Source: Prochlorococcus marinus str. NATL2A (lineage in GTDB: Bacteria; Cyanobacteriota; Cyanobacteriia; PCC-6307; Cyanobiaceae). Taken from it: 32,000 nt of DNA. The DNA is taken from NCBI RefSeq assembly GCF_000012465.1, contig NC_007335.2, forward strand, positions 540,001 to 572,000. The letters are read 5' to 3'. The translations under genes were made by a program, and so were the position numbers. The notes under the pieces were generated by a model. It searched no databases, was not told the DNA's origin, and saw only the letters and a program-made list of their open reading frames with translations. This document shows, piece after piece, positions 8,321-17,329 of the stretch (position 1 is the first letter of the stretch; each line of letters opens with the position of its first letter).

Positions 8321-8863
8321 ATGATTAATTTAGGATCAACAAAAATTGGAATGTCAGGATGGAAAAATGAAAAACTTCTTTCTGATGAAACTTTGAAAAA
8401 TATATACGGAAAACAAGCTTTTCAATATTTTAACCAAACTAATTCATCTCTCTTTGTATTTAGTCATTCAAAGTCTTTTGATTTAATTGAACTTGAGCAA
8501 CTTCTTCAAGCAGTAGGTTGGGGAAGAAGGCCTCTTAGAAGAGTAAAACGTGCACTTGATAATAGTTTAATTAAGGTTGGTCTATGGCAGCATGATCCTA
8601 AATTTCCAAAGTTGATTGGATTTGCAAGATGTACAGGTGACGGAATTATTGACGCAACAATCTGGGATGTGGCTATAAACCCTGTTTATCAAGGTTATGG
8701 ATTAGGAAAGCAACTAATGGAATATTTAATGAAGAGTTTAAAAAGAGAAGGTATTAGTAGAGTAACTTTATTTGCTGATTCTGATGTTATTACTTTTTAT
8801 AAAAGGCAAGGATGGACTTTAGAGCCAAAAGGTAATAAATGTGCATTTTGGTATTCAAACTGA
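8321..8863 (+). CDS. GNAT-family N-acetyltransferase
   Basis: The C-terminal ~110 aa have the acetyl-CoA motif (VAINPVYQGYGLGKQLM) and a GNAT beta-strand pattern (RVTLFADSDVITFYKRQGW). The start is uncertain, with an alternative Met at 8351. Confidence 0.7.
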   Translation: MINLGSTKIGMSGWKNEKLLSDETLKNIYGKQAFQYFNQTNSSLFVFSHSKSFDLIELEQLLQAVGWGRRPLRRVKRALDNSLIKVGLWQHDPKFPKLIGFARCTGDGIIDATIWDVAINPVYQGYGLGKQLMEYLMKSLKREGISRVTLFADSDVITFYKRQGWTLEPKGNKCAFWYSN

Positions 8864-8886
8864 TTGGTTAGATAGGGATTAGAAAA

Positions 8887-9591
8887 TCATGAATTATATT
8901 CTTTTGAAAGATAATCTATGTCAAAACCCTGACGCCACTTATTTCTTAATTTAGCATTTTTAATTGCACGTTTTATTATATTTGAATTTGTCCACTTTAT
9001 ATCATCTGTATATATATTTTCTCTAATACGCTTTACTTTAGTCTTTTTAGTAATTCTTGTTATCAAGTCGATATCTTCCATTATTTTCAAGGAAGAATAC
9101 CCTCCTGTATTAGAATAGAGATCTTTATGTATTAGTAGGCCTTGATCTCCATAAGGATGTTGTAAGAAATAACTTCTTAGTGCTACTGCTATTTCTAAAA
9201 ATCTGAATTCTAAATTATGTTTTTTGATTTTAAAGTCAAAATACCATGCAAAATTTTCTGACTTTTTATTTTGTATTATTTGAGATAAATTTTTAAACCA
9301 AGTGGGTCTTAGTCTACTATCGGCATGTAGAAATAAAAGCCAATCTCCTCTTGCATTTGATGCACCTTTTTTTAATTGATAGCCTCTATTCTTTTTACTG
9401 CTTTTAATAACATCTATTCCTTGTATTTGTGCAATCGAAATAGTTAAATCTATACTTCCTCCATCAACTATGATTAATTCAAAATTATATGGCCATTCAT
9501 TTAAATCAGCAAGAAGAAGAGGGAGGTGATCCGCTTCATTTAAAGTTGGTATGATGATGCTGAGAGCAGGAATTTTTTGTGATCTAGCCAT
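8887..9591 (-). CDS. Family-2 glycosyltransferase (small, single-domain)
   Basis: GT2 N-terminal signature LSIIIPTLNEADHLP...ELIIVDGGSID, followed by WLLFLHADS. The ATG at 9591 must precede the first beta-strand, so the 52-nt overlap with the upstream gene appears real. Confidence 0.75.
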   Translation of the reverse strand: MARSQKIPALSIIIPTLNEADHLPLLLADLNEWPYNFELIIVDGGSIDLTISIAQIQGIDVIKSSKKNRGYQLKKGASNARGDWLLFLHADSRLRPTWFKNLSQIIQNKKSENFAWYFDFKIKKHNLEFRFLEIAVALRSYFLQHPYGDQGLLIHKDLYSNTGGYSSLKIMEDIDLITRITKKTKVKRIRENIYTDDIKWTNSNIIKRAIKNAKLRNKWRQGFDIDYLSKEYNS

Positions 9592-10271
9592 GGTGACAAA
9601 TCCATAATATTATCCAGATCATTTTTAGTTTGAAGTAGTTGATAATCGATTTGATTGAAGGATGCTAATCGAATTGTTTCTTTTAGGACTTTATCGCTTC
9701 CCCAACTGATACCAGAAAATGGCCAGGCACATAAAGGATTTAAAAGTTTATTTGATAGACCTATAAGCCAATATCCTCCATCATTTGAAGGTCCTAAAAC
9801 CATTTCTTTATGATTAAGTATTTGAATAGCTTGAATTAATTCAAAATGTGAAATTGATGGTAAATCACTGCCAATAATTAAGATAGGATTTTGAATTTGG
9901 TGAGAAAGATTTTTTTCCGAATGAGTCTTTGAAAACTGTCTTTTCATTTTTGTTCCTAGATTGCCAGGGCCTTGAATCTCAACCGTTTTGATTTTATTTA
10001 ATACGGCCCATTTTTTTGCGGCTTTAATCCCAATTCCATCGATTGCAACTTTTATTTCTGCAAGACCTTTTTTTTGAATCTCTTTGGCAACTTTAATTGT
10101 GTGATTCGTTAGTTTCTCTTGGATTTTTGCTGCTTTAAAAGCCCCTATATCCTTTGCTAATCGACTTTTACATCTAAATATCGCGTGCCATTTCGTCATT
10201 AAAACAATAGTTGGTTTGCTATTCACAGAAAGTTTTTTTGTGCTTTTTGTTTTACTGATAGCCAGATTCAT
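9540..10271 (-). CDS. DUF2064-family protein (nucleotidyltransferase-like fold, glycosyltransferase-associated)
   Basis: Motifs typical of DUF2064: an N-terminal strand plus a ..K.RLA..IG segment, LIIGSDLPSIS and NDGGYWLIGLS. It is co-directional with, and overlaps, the GT2 gene. Confidence 0.6.
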   Translation of the reverse strand: MNLAISKTKSTKKLSVNSKPTIVLMTKWHAIFRCKSRLAKDIGAFKAAKIQEKLTNHTIKVAKEIQKKGLAEIKVAIDGIGIKAAKKWAVLNKIKTVEIQGPGNLGTKMKRQFSKTHSEKNLSHQIQNPILIIGSDLPSISHFELIQAIQILNHKEMVLGPSNDGGYWLIGLSNKLLNPLCAWPFSGISWGSDKVLKETIRLASFNQIDYQLLQTKNDLDNIMDLSPWLDHKKFLLSASSYQL

Positions 10272-10494
10272 AGCTTCTCATCTCAAACCATTCTATGTTT
10301 TTGAAGCTTAAGTTACTATTTATTGCATCTGATTAAATTTTGTTCTGAAAAAAATAAATTCACACTTGCATTTATTTCCCTAATCAATTGCAATAGTTGC
10401 TTTTAGAATAATGTATTAAAAATTTTACAACTGGATTCCCAAATTTAAGAATGACTCATAAAGGTTTTTAGCTACACTCATATTCCATTAAGTA

Positions 10495-11895
10495 ATGCCT
10501 GTGCCAACTCGGGATGAGCTATGGACGAAGGTGCAGCAATTACTGCAAAAGAATTTAAGTAAGCCTTCATATGAGACATGGATACGTCCGGCTGAATTCT
10601 TTGATTTCAAAGATGGATGCTTGACTTTGATTGCTCCAAATAGTTTCTCAAGTGATTGGTTAAGGAAAAATTACTCTCAAACAATTGAGGAGATTGCATC
10701 AGAGATATTTGGCCATGAAGTTAAAGTATGTATAAAAGTTAAGGAAGAATTTTCATCAAACAAAAGCAATAAGAAAAAGAATTATTCAAATGTAGAAGCA
10801 AATTCTATTGCCACTAGTGAGAATTACGACGTTAAATCTAAACAAACTCAAATAAAAAAATTTTTACCGAGTTTGAATCTTCGATATGTTTTTAATAGAT
10901 TTGTTGTTGGTCCTAATAGCCGGATGGCTCATGCTGCTGCAATGGCAGTAGCCGAGGCCCCTGGTCGGGAATTTAATCCATTATTTATTTGTGGGGGGGT
11001 TGGCCTAGGTAAAACACATCTAATGCAATCTATAGGTCATTACAGGTTGGAAATCGATCCAGGAGCAAAGGTTGCATATGTTTCTACTGAGACTTTTACC
11101 AATGATTTAATAGTTGCAATCAGAAAAGATGGAATGCAAGCTTTCAGAAATAGATATAGAGAAGCTGATTTGATTTTGGTTGACGATATTCAATTTATAG
11201 AAGGTAAGGAATATACTCAGGAAGAATTCTTCCATACATTTAATGCTTTGCATGAGGCAGGCAGGCAAATTGTTCTTACAAGTGATAGGCCTCCAAGTCA
11301 AATACCTCGTTTACAAGAACGATTGATTTCAAGATTCTCAATGGGACTAATTGCAGATATCCAAGCGCCCGATTTGGAGACGAGAATGGCAATATTACAA
11401 AAAAAAGCTGAGCATGAAAGAATGCGTTTGCCAAGAGATTTGATTCAGTTTATTGCTGGACGATTCACTTCTAATATAAGAGAGTTAGAGGGAGCGTTTA
11501 CTCGTGCTGTCGCATTTGCCTCTATAACTGGGTTGCCAATGACAGTGGAATCAGTAGCACCAATGCTTGATCCTACTGGACAAGGAGTAGAAGTTAAGCC
11601 TAAGCAAGTACTAGAAAAAGTAGCTGAGGTCTTTGGAGTTACCGAGGAGGAAATGCGTAGTCCAAGTAGACGTAGGCCTGTTAGTCAGGCAAGACAGGTA
11701 GGCATGTATTTAATGCGTCATGGGACAGATTTAAGTCTTCCTCGTATTGGAGAATCTTTTGGGGGAAAGGACCATACAACAGTTATGTATGCCATTGAAC
11801 AAGTAGAAAAAAAATTATCAAGTGAGCCACAATTAGCAAGTCAAGTTCAAAAAGTTAAGGATCTTCTTCAGATCGATTCACGGAAACGTCGTTAA
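10495..11895 (+). CDS. dnaA: Chromosomal replication initiator protein DnaA
   Basis: 466 aa with the N-terminal WIRP motif, AAA+ Walker [13 protein letters not shown], Walker [10 protein letters not shown], and the C-terminal DNA-binding domain with the [11 protein letters not shown] signature. Confidence 0.95.
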   Translation: MPVPTRDELWTKVQQLLQKNLSKPSYETWIRPAEFFDFKDGCLTLIAPNSFSSDWLRKNYSQTIEEIASEIFGHEVKVCIKVKEEFSSNKSNKKKNYSNVEANSIATSENYDVKSKQTQIKKFLPSLNLRYVFNRFVVGPNSRMAHAAAMAVAEAPGREFNPLFICGGVGLGKTHLMQSIGHYRLEIDPGAKVAYVSTETFTNDLIVAIRKDGMQAFRNRYREADLILVDDIQFIEGKEYTQEEFFHTFNALHEAGRQIVLTSDRPPSQIPRLQERLISRFSMGLIADIQAPDLETRMAILQKKAEHERMRLPRDLIQFIAGRFTSNIRELEGAFTRAVAFASITGLPMTVESVAPMLDPTGQGVEVKPKQVLEKVAEVFGVTEEEMRSPSRRRPVSQARQVGMYLMRHGTDLSLPRIGESFGGKDHTTVMYAIEQVEKKLSSEPQLASQVQKVKDLLQIDSRKRR

Positions 11896-11931
11896 ATTTA
11901 ATATTGGATAGTGAGAGAGATTTTATATTTA

Positions 11932-13173
11932 TTAATTAAACTGTATGGGATTTTGATCTAGCCTATTTCGTGTAGGTATTTTAGGGCCTAGATCACTACC
12001 ATCAATATTTGCTGTGCGTTCAAGAGCTTGTCTAAATAATCTCCCTGATAATAAAGGCATATCTCTCGGCACTGAAATTCTATCTCGGAGGTAACGTAAT
12101 GCAGAGGCACTATTCTCCTCTGGACGGCAATCTTTTTTTGAAATCATTGAAGTTAAGGCTGCTCTCAATGGCTGATCAAATAATTTATTTTTCATTGGGC
12201 TTACAGAAACGATCCTTTCTTTATGTCTGATCACTCTTTCTAAAGCTAATGCCTCAAAATGTTGTTCCGATTTTTGGTCAACTTTGAAATCTACTAGTTC
12301 TAATTGTCCTAATCCAGCACCTATATCAATTTCTTGGGCAAATAATTGTTGGTTTTTATTTGAATAAGTAAAGCAACCTCCCATTTGAGGAGGTAAATCA
12401 TGAGCATGAGTATGAAAATCTCCTTGAGTCCCTCTATACTCCTCAAGTTTCTCAAGGTTTTTAAGCCATATATTTATAATAGGATGCTCTTCTCTCAATG
12501 AATATCCTTTGTAGTAAGCCAATGAGGCATTCATTCTTTCAACATATGGAATGAAAATTACGTCTGCTGATCCAGGCTTTTCGCCATTCTTTGTTGAGAC
12601 AGGTGTTAGCCACCTTGAAGCATTTTTTTGTAGTTCTTTTTCAAATTTATTTGCAACATTTTTGAAATTCTCTTTCTTTTGTTCTTCTTGGGCTTGGAAA
12701 AGAGAGTTGCGACATAACCAGTTACACCATGATGAAAATAGTTCTCTTTCAAGTCTCCTATGCTCTAAGACTTTATTCTCATTTAGAGATTGACCTAAAG
12801 GACCATAAATTTCTTCTAACACAAATAGGATCTCATCACTTTCTGTGATTACATGATTTTCAATTTCTATTGCAGGAAGCATTCCTGAGGGCACTTTTTT
12901 TAAATACCATCTTTCCTTTTCTCCGTAGCAACGCATTGTGACTTTTTTAATCCGGTAAGGAATATTTTTAAGCTCTAACCAAATCCAAACTTTTTGGCAA
13001 TAAGGACACCAAGCATGATTGTCTCTGTAAAGAGTAACAATTGCCTGAGACTCATTTTTATTAAAAAGACGTAGTGAGGAATATGGGTTGTTTAACCCAT
13101 TGATTTGATCAACTGGATCGGCTGCATATATTGCTAATTCTTCCCAACTCATTGCATTTCTGGTTGGATTCAT
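11932..13173 (-). CDS. Large glutathione S-transferase-like protein (thioredoxin-fold N domain with a CPYC motif, long C-terminal extension)
   Basis: 413 aa. LYRDNHAWCPYCQKVWIWLELKNIPYRIKKV is a Grx/GST N-domain with a CxxC motif, and ..VPSGMLPAIE..ESDEI is the GSH-site pattern. The downstream helical domain and a ~130-aa tail are unassigned. Confidence 0.6.
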   Translation of the reverse strand: MNPTRNAMSWEELAIYAADPVDQINGLNNPYSSLRLFNKNESQAIVTLYRDNHAWCPYCQKVWIWLELKNIPYRIKKVTMRCYGEKERWYLKKVPSGMLPAIEIENHVITESDEILFVLEEIYGPLGQSLNENKVLEHRRLERELFSSWCNWLCRNSLFQAQEEQKKENFKNVANKFEKELQKNASRWLTPVSTKNGEKPGSADVIFIPYVERMNASLAYYKGYSLREEHPIINIWLKNLEKLEEYRGTQGDFHTHAHDLPPQMGGCFTYSNKNQQLFAQEIDIGAGLGQLELVDFKVDQKSEQHFEALALERVIRHKERIVSVSPMKNKLFDQPLRAALTSMISKKDCRPEENSASALRYLRDRISVPRDMPLLSGRLFRQALERTANIDGSDLGPKIPTRNRLDQNPIQFN

Positions 13174-13214
13174 TTATTTCAACGAGAATAGGGAAATAAT
13201 ACTAGGTTGCAAAA

Positions 13215-14576
13215 TTGAAAAGTTCTTTTGATTTAATTGTCATTGGTGCAGGATCCGGTGGATTAGCTGCTGCAAAGAAAGCAGCAAGTTATGGAGCATC
13301 TGTAGCGATCGTTGAGGGTGATCTTGTCGGAGGAACGTGTGTAATAAGAGGTTGCGTTCCTAAAAAATTATTAGTTTGTGGCTCTTCTCTCTTGGAGAGT
13401 TTTTTGTCTGCAACATCTTATGGCTTTGATTTTGATAATATAAAGATCAAGTCAGAAGTTTTATTAGCTAATATTCGGAAGGAAGTGCAAAGGCTGAATG
13501 AATTACACGAGAATTTTTTAAATAAAGCTAATGTTGAGCTTTTTAAAGGTTGGGGTGAGTTTAGAAATTCAAATTGTGTTGAAGTAAAAGATCGAAAAAA
13601 TGGAGAGACTTTAAATGAACTTTATGGAGAAAGAATTTTGATTGCAGTGGGAGGCAGACCTAAAAGACCAAGTATCGAAGGTGCATCTTTAGGATGGACC
13701 AGTGATGATATGTTTCTTCTTAAGAGCTTTCCGAAAAAAATTACAATTGTTGGTGCAGGCTATATTGCTTGCGAATTTGCATGCATATTGCATGGTTTAG
13801 GTGTTGAGGTTACTCAATTAGTAAGAGGTGACAGGATTTTAAGAGGGTTTGACTTTGAACTTTCTTCAGCATTAACCGAGGCAATGAAAAACAAAGGAGT
13901 TAACATAAGCTTTGGCGAGCAGATTTCTTCACTAAAAGGAACTCCTGGATCTTTAATTATAAAAACAAATGCAGGTAAAGAGTTTGACTCGAATGGATTG
14001 CTTTTCGCTACTGGCAGAGAGCCATTTTTAGATGGGTTGAAGTTAGAACAAGTGGGTATAGAAATTCTTGAAAATAAAATTAAAGTTGATAGTGAAGGTA
14101 AAACAAATATTTCTAATATCTTTGCCATTGGAGATGTAACTGACAGGATTAACTTGACACCTGTCGCAATTGATGAGGGTAGAAAGTTTGCTGATAGAAA
14201 TTATGGCGAATCAGATCATAAGGTTAATTATAATTTTGTTCCTTATGCTGTATTTAGTCAGCCTGAAATAGCTTCTGTGGGCATGACTGAAGAGAAGGCT
14301 ATCCAGTCGATGGGGAAAGATAACATTAAAGTATATAGATCAATATTTAGACCCTTATCTAAATCATTGCCAAAGACTGGCTCTAAATGTATTTTAAAGC
14401 TAATAGTTGATAAAAATAATAATAAAGTTTTGGGATGTCACATGATTGGTGATAATGCATCTGAAATCATTCAGATGGCATCAATCTCTCTAATGTTAGG
14501 AGCTAAAAAATCTGACTTTGATAATACAATGGCCTTGCATCCTACAATAGCCGAGGAATTCGTGACAATGAGATGA
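13215..14576 (+). CDS. gor: Glutathione-disulfide reductase (class I pyridine-nucleotide disulfide oxidoreductase)
   Basis: It has the FAD fold DLIVIGAGSGG, the redox disulfide GGTCVIRGCVPKK, the NAD(P) fold TIVGAGYIACEF and the C-terminal HPTIAEEFVTMR signature. A TTG start is forced: TAG at 13203-13205 is in frame upstream, and the GxGxxG motif begins at codon 11. Confidence 0.85.
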   Translation: MKSSFDLIVIGAGSGGLAAAKKAASYGASVAIVEGDLVGGTCVIRGCVPKKLLVCGSSLLESFLSATSYGFDFDNIKIKSEVLLANIRKEVQRLNELHENFLNKANVELFKGWGEFRNSNCVEVKDRKNGETLNELYGERILIAVGGRPKRPSIEGASLGWTSDDMFLLKSFPKKITIVGAGYIACEFACILHGLGVEVTQLVRGDRILRGFDFELSSALTEAMKNKGVNISFGEQISSLKGTPGSLIIKTNAGKEFDSNGLLFATGREPFLDGLKLEQVGIEILENKIKVDSEGKTNISNIFAIGDVTDRINLTPVAIDEGRKFADRNYGESDHKVNYNFVPYAVFSQPEIASVGMTEEKAIQSMGKDNIKVYRSIFRPLSKSLPKTGSKCILKLIVDKNNNKVLGCHMIGDNASEIIQMASISLMLGAKKSDFDNTMALHPTIAEEFVTMR

Positions 14577-14589
14577 TTTAGAGAAGGCA

Positions 14590-15684
14590 TTAGTTATTAG
14601 AACTTTTTCTTAGTCTTAACCAGTAAGCAATTGTTTTGTATATAATTATTGTTATTGCTAATAATATAGCTATAAAAACTAATTCTTTGAATGCTGTATG
14701 TAAAGTTGGTAGAGTTAGAGGTATTATTTTGTCTGCAATATAAAGCATATACAATCCTAATAAAACGCCACCTTCTCCTCGACTTATTATTCCTTTTGTC
14801 CAAAAAATTGGCATGCACGCAAGTGTAGTAATTACCATGATAGGAATATCCTTAGTTATTAGTAAACTCTCAACCACTAAACCACTGCCTCCAGATAATA
14901 GAGAACAGCTACCTAAAACTAGTAATTGATTTAATAAACAACTTCCAATTACGTTGCCTATCGCTAGATCAGTTTGACCACGAATAGCGGCCACTAATGA
15001 CGTGATTAACTCAGGTAAAGAAGTGCCCAGTGAAACTATCGTTAACCCAATTATAGCTTCGCTTACCCCTAACAATCCTGCAATTGTAGATGCGCCTTCT
15101 ATTAAAAGTCGTGATCCAAGAGTTAGCAAGAAAATACCACCTAATAATTTCACGCCTGCCTTTAATAAACTGGTTGAGTCTTTTTCTATATTGATTTCTG
15201 GCTCTGCTTCTTGGGTTTTTTGAGGTTCCTCTCTTGCTGTACGAATTTCCCAAGTGGTATTTATTATTAGCGCAACTATTAAAGCTACTCCAAATTGCCA
15301 AGTTATCAGCTCTGAAGCGGCCATCCCCCAAACGGCAGTTGAGACTGCTAAAAGAAGAGGAATGTCTCTTCTTACAAGACGACTTTCAACTCTTAATGGT
15401 CGTAAAAGTGCACTTCCTCCGAGAACTACCATCACATTGAAAATATTGCTGCCAACAATGTTGCTCAAAGCTAGACTATCTGATCCATTGAGGGAGGAGT
15501 TGACACTCACAAATAGTTCAGGTGCACTTGTCCCTAGAGATACTATTGTTAAACCAATGACTAGTTGAGGAATCCCAAGGATTAAGGCTAAAGCTACAGA
15601 TCCTTGAATAAAGAACTCCCCGCCGCTAAAAAGTAAAAGTATCCCAGCAATAAGCTCTAAAAATGACAATAATATTGATGGCAT
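14590..15684 (-). CDS. CaCA-family cation/Ca2+ exchanger (YrbG-like Na+/Ca2+ antiporter)
   Basis: 364 aa and polytopic, with the two alpha-repeat signatures GTSAPELFVS and GTSLPELITS separated by a hydrophilic loop. Confidence 0.85.
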   Translation of the reverse strand: MPSILLSFLELIAGILLLFSGGEFFIQGSVALALILGIPQLVIGLTIVSLGTSAPELFVSVNSSLNGSDSLALSNIVGSNIFNVMVVLGGSALLRPLRVESRLVRRDIPLLLAVSTAVWGMAASELITWQFGVALIVALIINTTWEIRTAREEPQKTQEAEPEINIEKDSTSLLKAGVKLLGGIFLLTLGSRLLIEGASTIAGLLGVSEAIIGLTIVSLGTSLPELITSLVAAIRGQTDLAIGNVIGSCLLNQLLVLGSCSLLSGGSGLVVESLLITKDIPIMVITTLACMPIFWTKGIISRGEGGVLLGLYMLYIADKIIPLTLPTLHTAFKELVFIAILLAITIIIYKTIAYWLRLRKSSNN

Positions 15685-15832
15685 AATTGAGTGATTTATT
15701 GAGAAACTTAATTAGTGAATTAATTTATATTATTTCCATTTGGTATTATCTTAATATCTTAGCCCTTTATGGATACTTGAAGACTTATAGATCAAGGTTG
15801 CATAAGATATACATTGAAAAAGCTTTAATCCT

Positions 15833-16897
15833 GTGATTGCTTCTGTTAATCAAATCTCATTATTAAAGCCGGATGATTGGCATCTGCATTTGAGAGATGG
15901 AAAGATTCTTAAAGGTGTTTTAAGTCATACAGCTGATGTGTTTTGCCGTGCAATCATCATGCCTAATCTTGATCCGCCAATAACTACTTTAAGCCAAGCA
16001 CAAGAGTATAAAAAAAGAATTATCCAGTCTATCCCTAAAGGTGTTTCTTTTACCCCATTAATGACAGCATATCTTACAGATGATATGCCTGCGAATGTCT
16101 TAGAGAGAGGCTTTAGAGAAGGTGTCTTTCATGGGGCAAAGCTCTATCCAGCTAATGTGACAACTAATTCTTCTTATGGGGTTACAGATATAAGTAAAGT
16201 CAGCAATTTATTTGAGACGATGGAAAGAATTGGTATGCCATTATTGATTCATGGAGAAGTGACCGATTTTAATGTTGATGTATTTGATAGAGAAGCTGTT
16301 TTTATTGAGCGTCACCTTGAACCACTATTACGAACATTTTCATCACTTAAAGTGGTTTTAGAACACATCACGACCATAGATGCAATTGACTTTGTAGAAA
16401 AAAGTGAGTTTGATATAGCCGCTACAATCACACCTCATCATCTACATATCAATCGAAACGCAATGTTCAATGGTGGTTTAAGGAGTGATTTTTACTGCTT
16501 ACCAACAGCTAAACGTGAAATCCATCGTATTGCTCTAAGACAAGCGGCTACTAGCGGTAAACCTTGCTTTTTCCTGGGAACTGATTCAGCACCTCATACC
16601 CGTAGATTTAAGGAAAGTTCATGTGGATGTGCAGGAATCTTTAATGCCCCTTTCGCTTTGGAAAGCTATTTAAAAGTTTTCGAAGAGGAAAATGCCCTAG
16701 ATAGGTTTGAAGCTTTTTCAAGTATTAATGGAGCAACTTTTTATGGATTACCTTTAAACACAGAGAGAATAACTTTAATTAGAAAAGATATTTCCGTACC
16801 TCAAATGATTGATGTTGGATTAGATGGTGATCCCAATGATTTTGTAAAACCATTTCATTCAGGAGAAACTCTTAGATGGGCAATAGAGGATGTTTAG
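15833..16897 (+). CDS. pyrC: Dihydroorotase, homodimeric (class II) type
   Basis: LKPDDWHLHLRDG metal-binding motif near the N-terminus, then AKLYPA, HGE and GTDSAPH motifs. It uses a GTG start at 15833. Confidence 0.9.
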   Translation: MIASVNQISLLKPDDWHLHLRDGKILKGVLSHTADVFCRAIIMPNLDPPITTLSQAQEYKKRIIQSIPKGVSFTPLMTAYLTDDMPANVLERGFREGVFHGAKLYPANVTTNSSYGVTDISKVSNLFETMERIGMPLLIHGEVTDFNVDVFDREAVFIERHLEPLLRTFSSLKVVLEHITTIDAIDFVEKSEFDIAATITPHHLHINRNAMFNGGLRSDFYCLPTAKREIHRIALRQAATSGKPCFFLGTDSAPHTRRFKESSCGCAGIFNAPFALESYLKVFEEENALDRFEAFSSINGATFYGLPLNTERITLIRKDISVPQMIDVGLDGDPNDFVKPFHSGETLRWAIEDV

Positions 16898-17034
16898 TGA
16901 GATTGCTGATCCTTATGTAAAACAATTTGATTTAATGACTTTTGGTGGATGGAAAACTTTAAAAGCTATGCAAGTTTATTTACAAACTAATATCCACCCC
17001 CTAAATAGATGTGGTGAGGCCATTCATAAACGAA

Positions 17035-17120
17035 TACCAGCGACGAGACTTGAACTCGTACGACCCTTGCGGATCTCAGGATTTTAAGTCCTGTGTGTCT
17101 ACCAATTCCACCACGCTGGC
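17035..17120 (-). tRNA. tRNA-Leu, anticodon UAA, class II (long variable arm), uninterrupted, no encoded CCA
   Basis: Folded by hand from the reverse complement. The parts are: acceptor GCCAGCG/CGCTGGT (G1-U72 wobble); D arm GTG-GAATTGGTAGA-CAC; anticodon arm CAGGA-CTTAAAA-TCCTG; variable arm AGATCCGCAAGGGTCGT; T arm ACGAG-TTCAAGT-CTCGT; discriminator A. Confidence 0.93.
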
Positions 17121-17235
17121 AAGTGGTTCTTCAATCCTATAACCCTAGGTTAATTACCGCCAACAGATGTCATCTACTGAACTTAAAACTCTGCACATTT
17201 TTCACCATGAACTAGAATCCTATTAATGAAAATCC

Positions 17236-17327
17236 TTGAGTCGCAGTCAGTGTTCTCGATGAATCCACCCAGCTTGAAATCTGTTGGCCGCTTTTTAGCT
17301 GTGGGGGTTCAACTCCCCTCACTCAAG
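17236..17327 (+). other. tRNA-like remnant or structured element abutting the ndhL start codon
   Basis: A canonical T-arm (GGGGG-TTCAACT-CCCCT, 17303-17319) is followed by ACTCAA (17321-17326), which pairs with TTGAGT (17236-17241). A CTTGAAA heptamer (Ser-UGA-type anticodon loop) lies at 17273-17279. The D arm and anticodon stem do not fold, so this is not a functional tRNA. Confidence 0.3.
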
Positions 17328-17329
17328 TA

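Noticed and set aside
10272-10494. Possible oriC in the 223-bp spacer upstream of dnaA
   Set aside because: I scanned both strands for DnaA boxes (TTATCCACA, or the cyanobacterial TTTTCCACA, and their complements). There is no box and no cluster, only AT-rich short inverted repeats such as AAATAAA..TTTATTT. In marine picocyanobacteria the origin is generally placed next to dnaN, not dnaA. A whole-genome GC-skew and DnaA-box count would settle it.
14597-15568. Five overlapping ORFs on both strands inside the CaCA antiporter gene
   Set aside because: The antiporter frame carries both GTSxPE alpha-repeat signatures and a continuous TM pattern. The alternative frames give low-complexity or Arg/Asn-rich sequences with no motifs.
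16890-17087. Tracked 65-aa ORF downstream of pyrC
   Set aside because: Its 3' third is the antisense of the tRNA-Leu(UAA) gene (17035-17120), and its start overlaps the pyrC stop. There is no recognisable protein motif, so it is a chance ORF.
17236-17327. Calling the tRNA-like element a functional tRNA-Ser, or the ncRNA Yfr1
   Set aside because: No D arm or 5-bp anticodon stem can be folded, position 7-66 is a C-C mismatch, and the 5' end starts with TT. The CTCCCCTCAC segment resembles the Yfr1 core (ACUCCUCACAC) but does not match it. It is also base-paired here rather than single-stranded between two hairpins.
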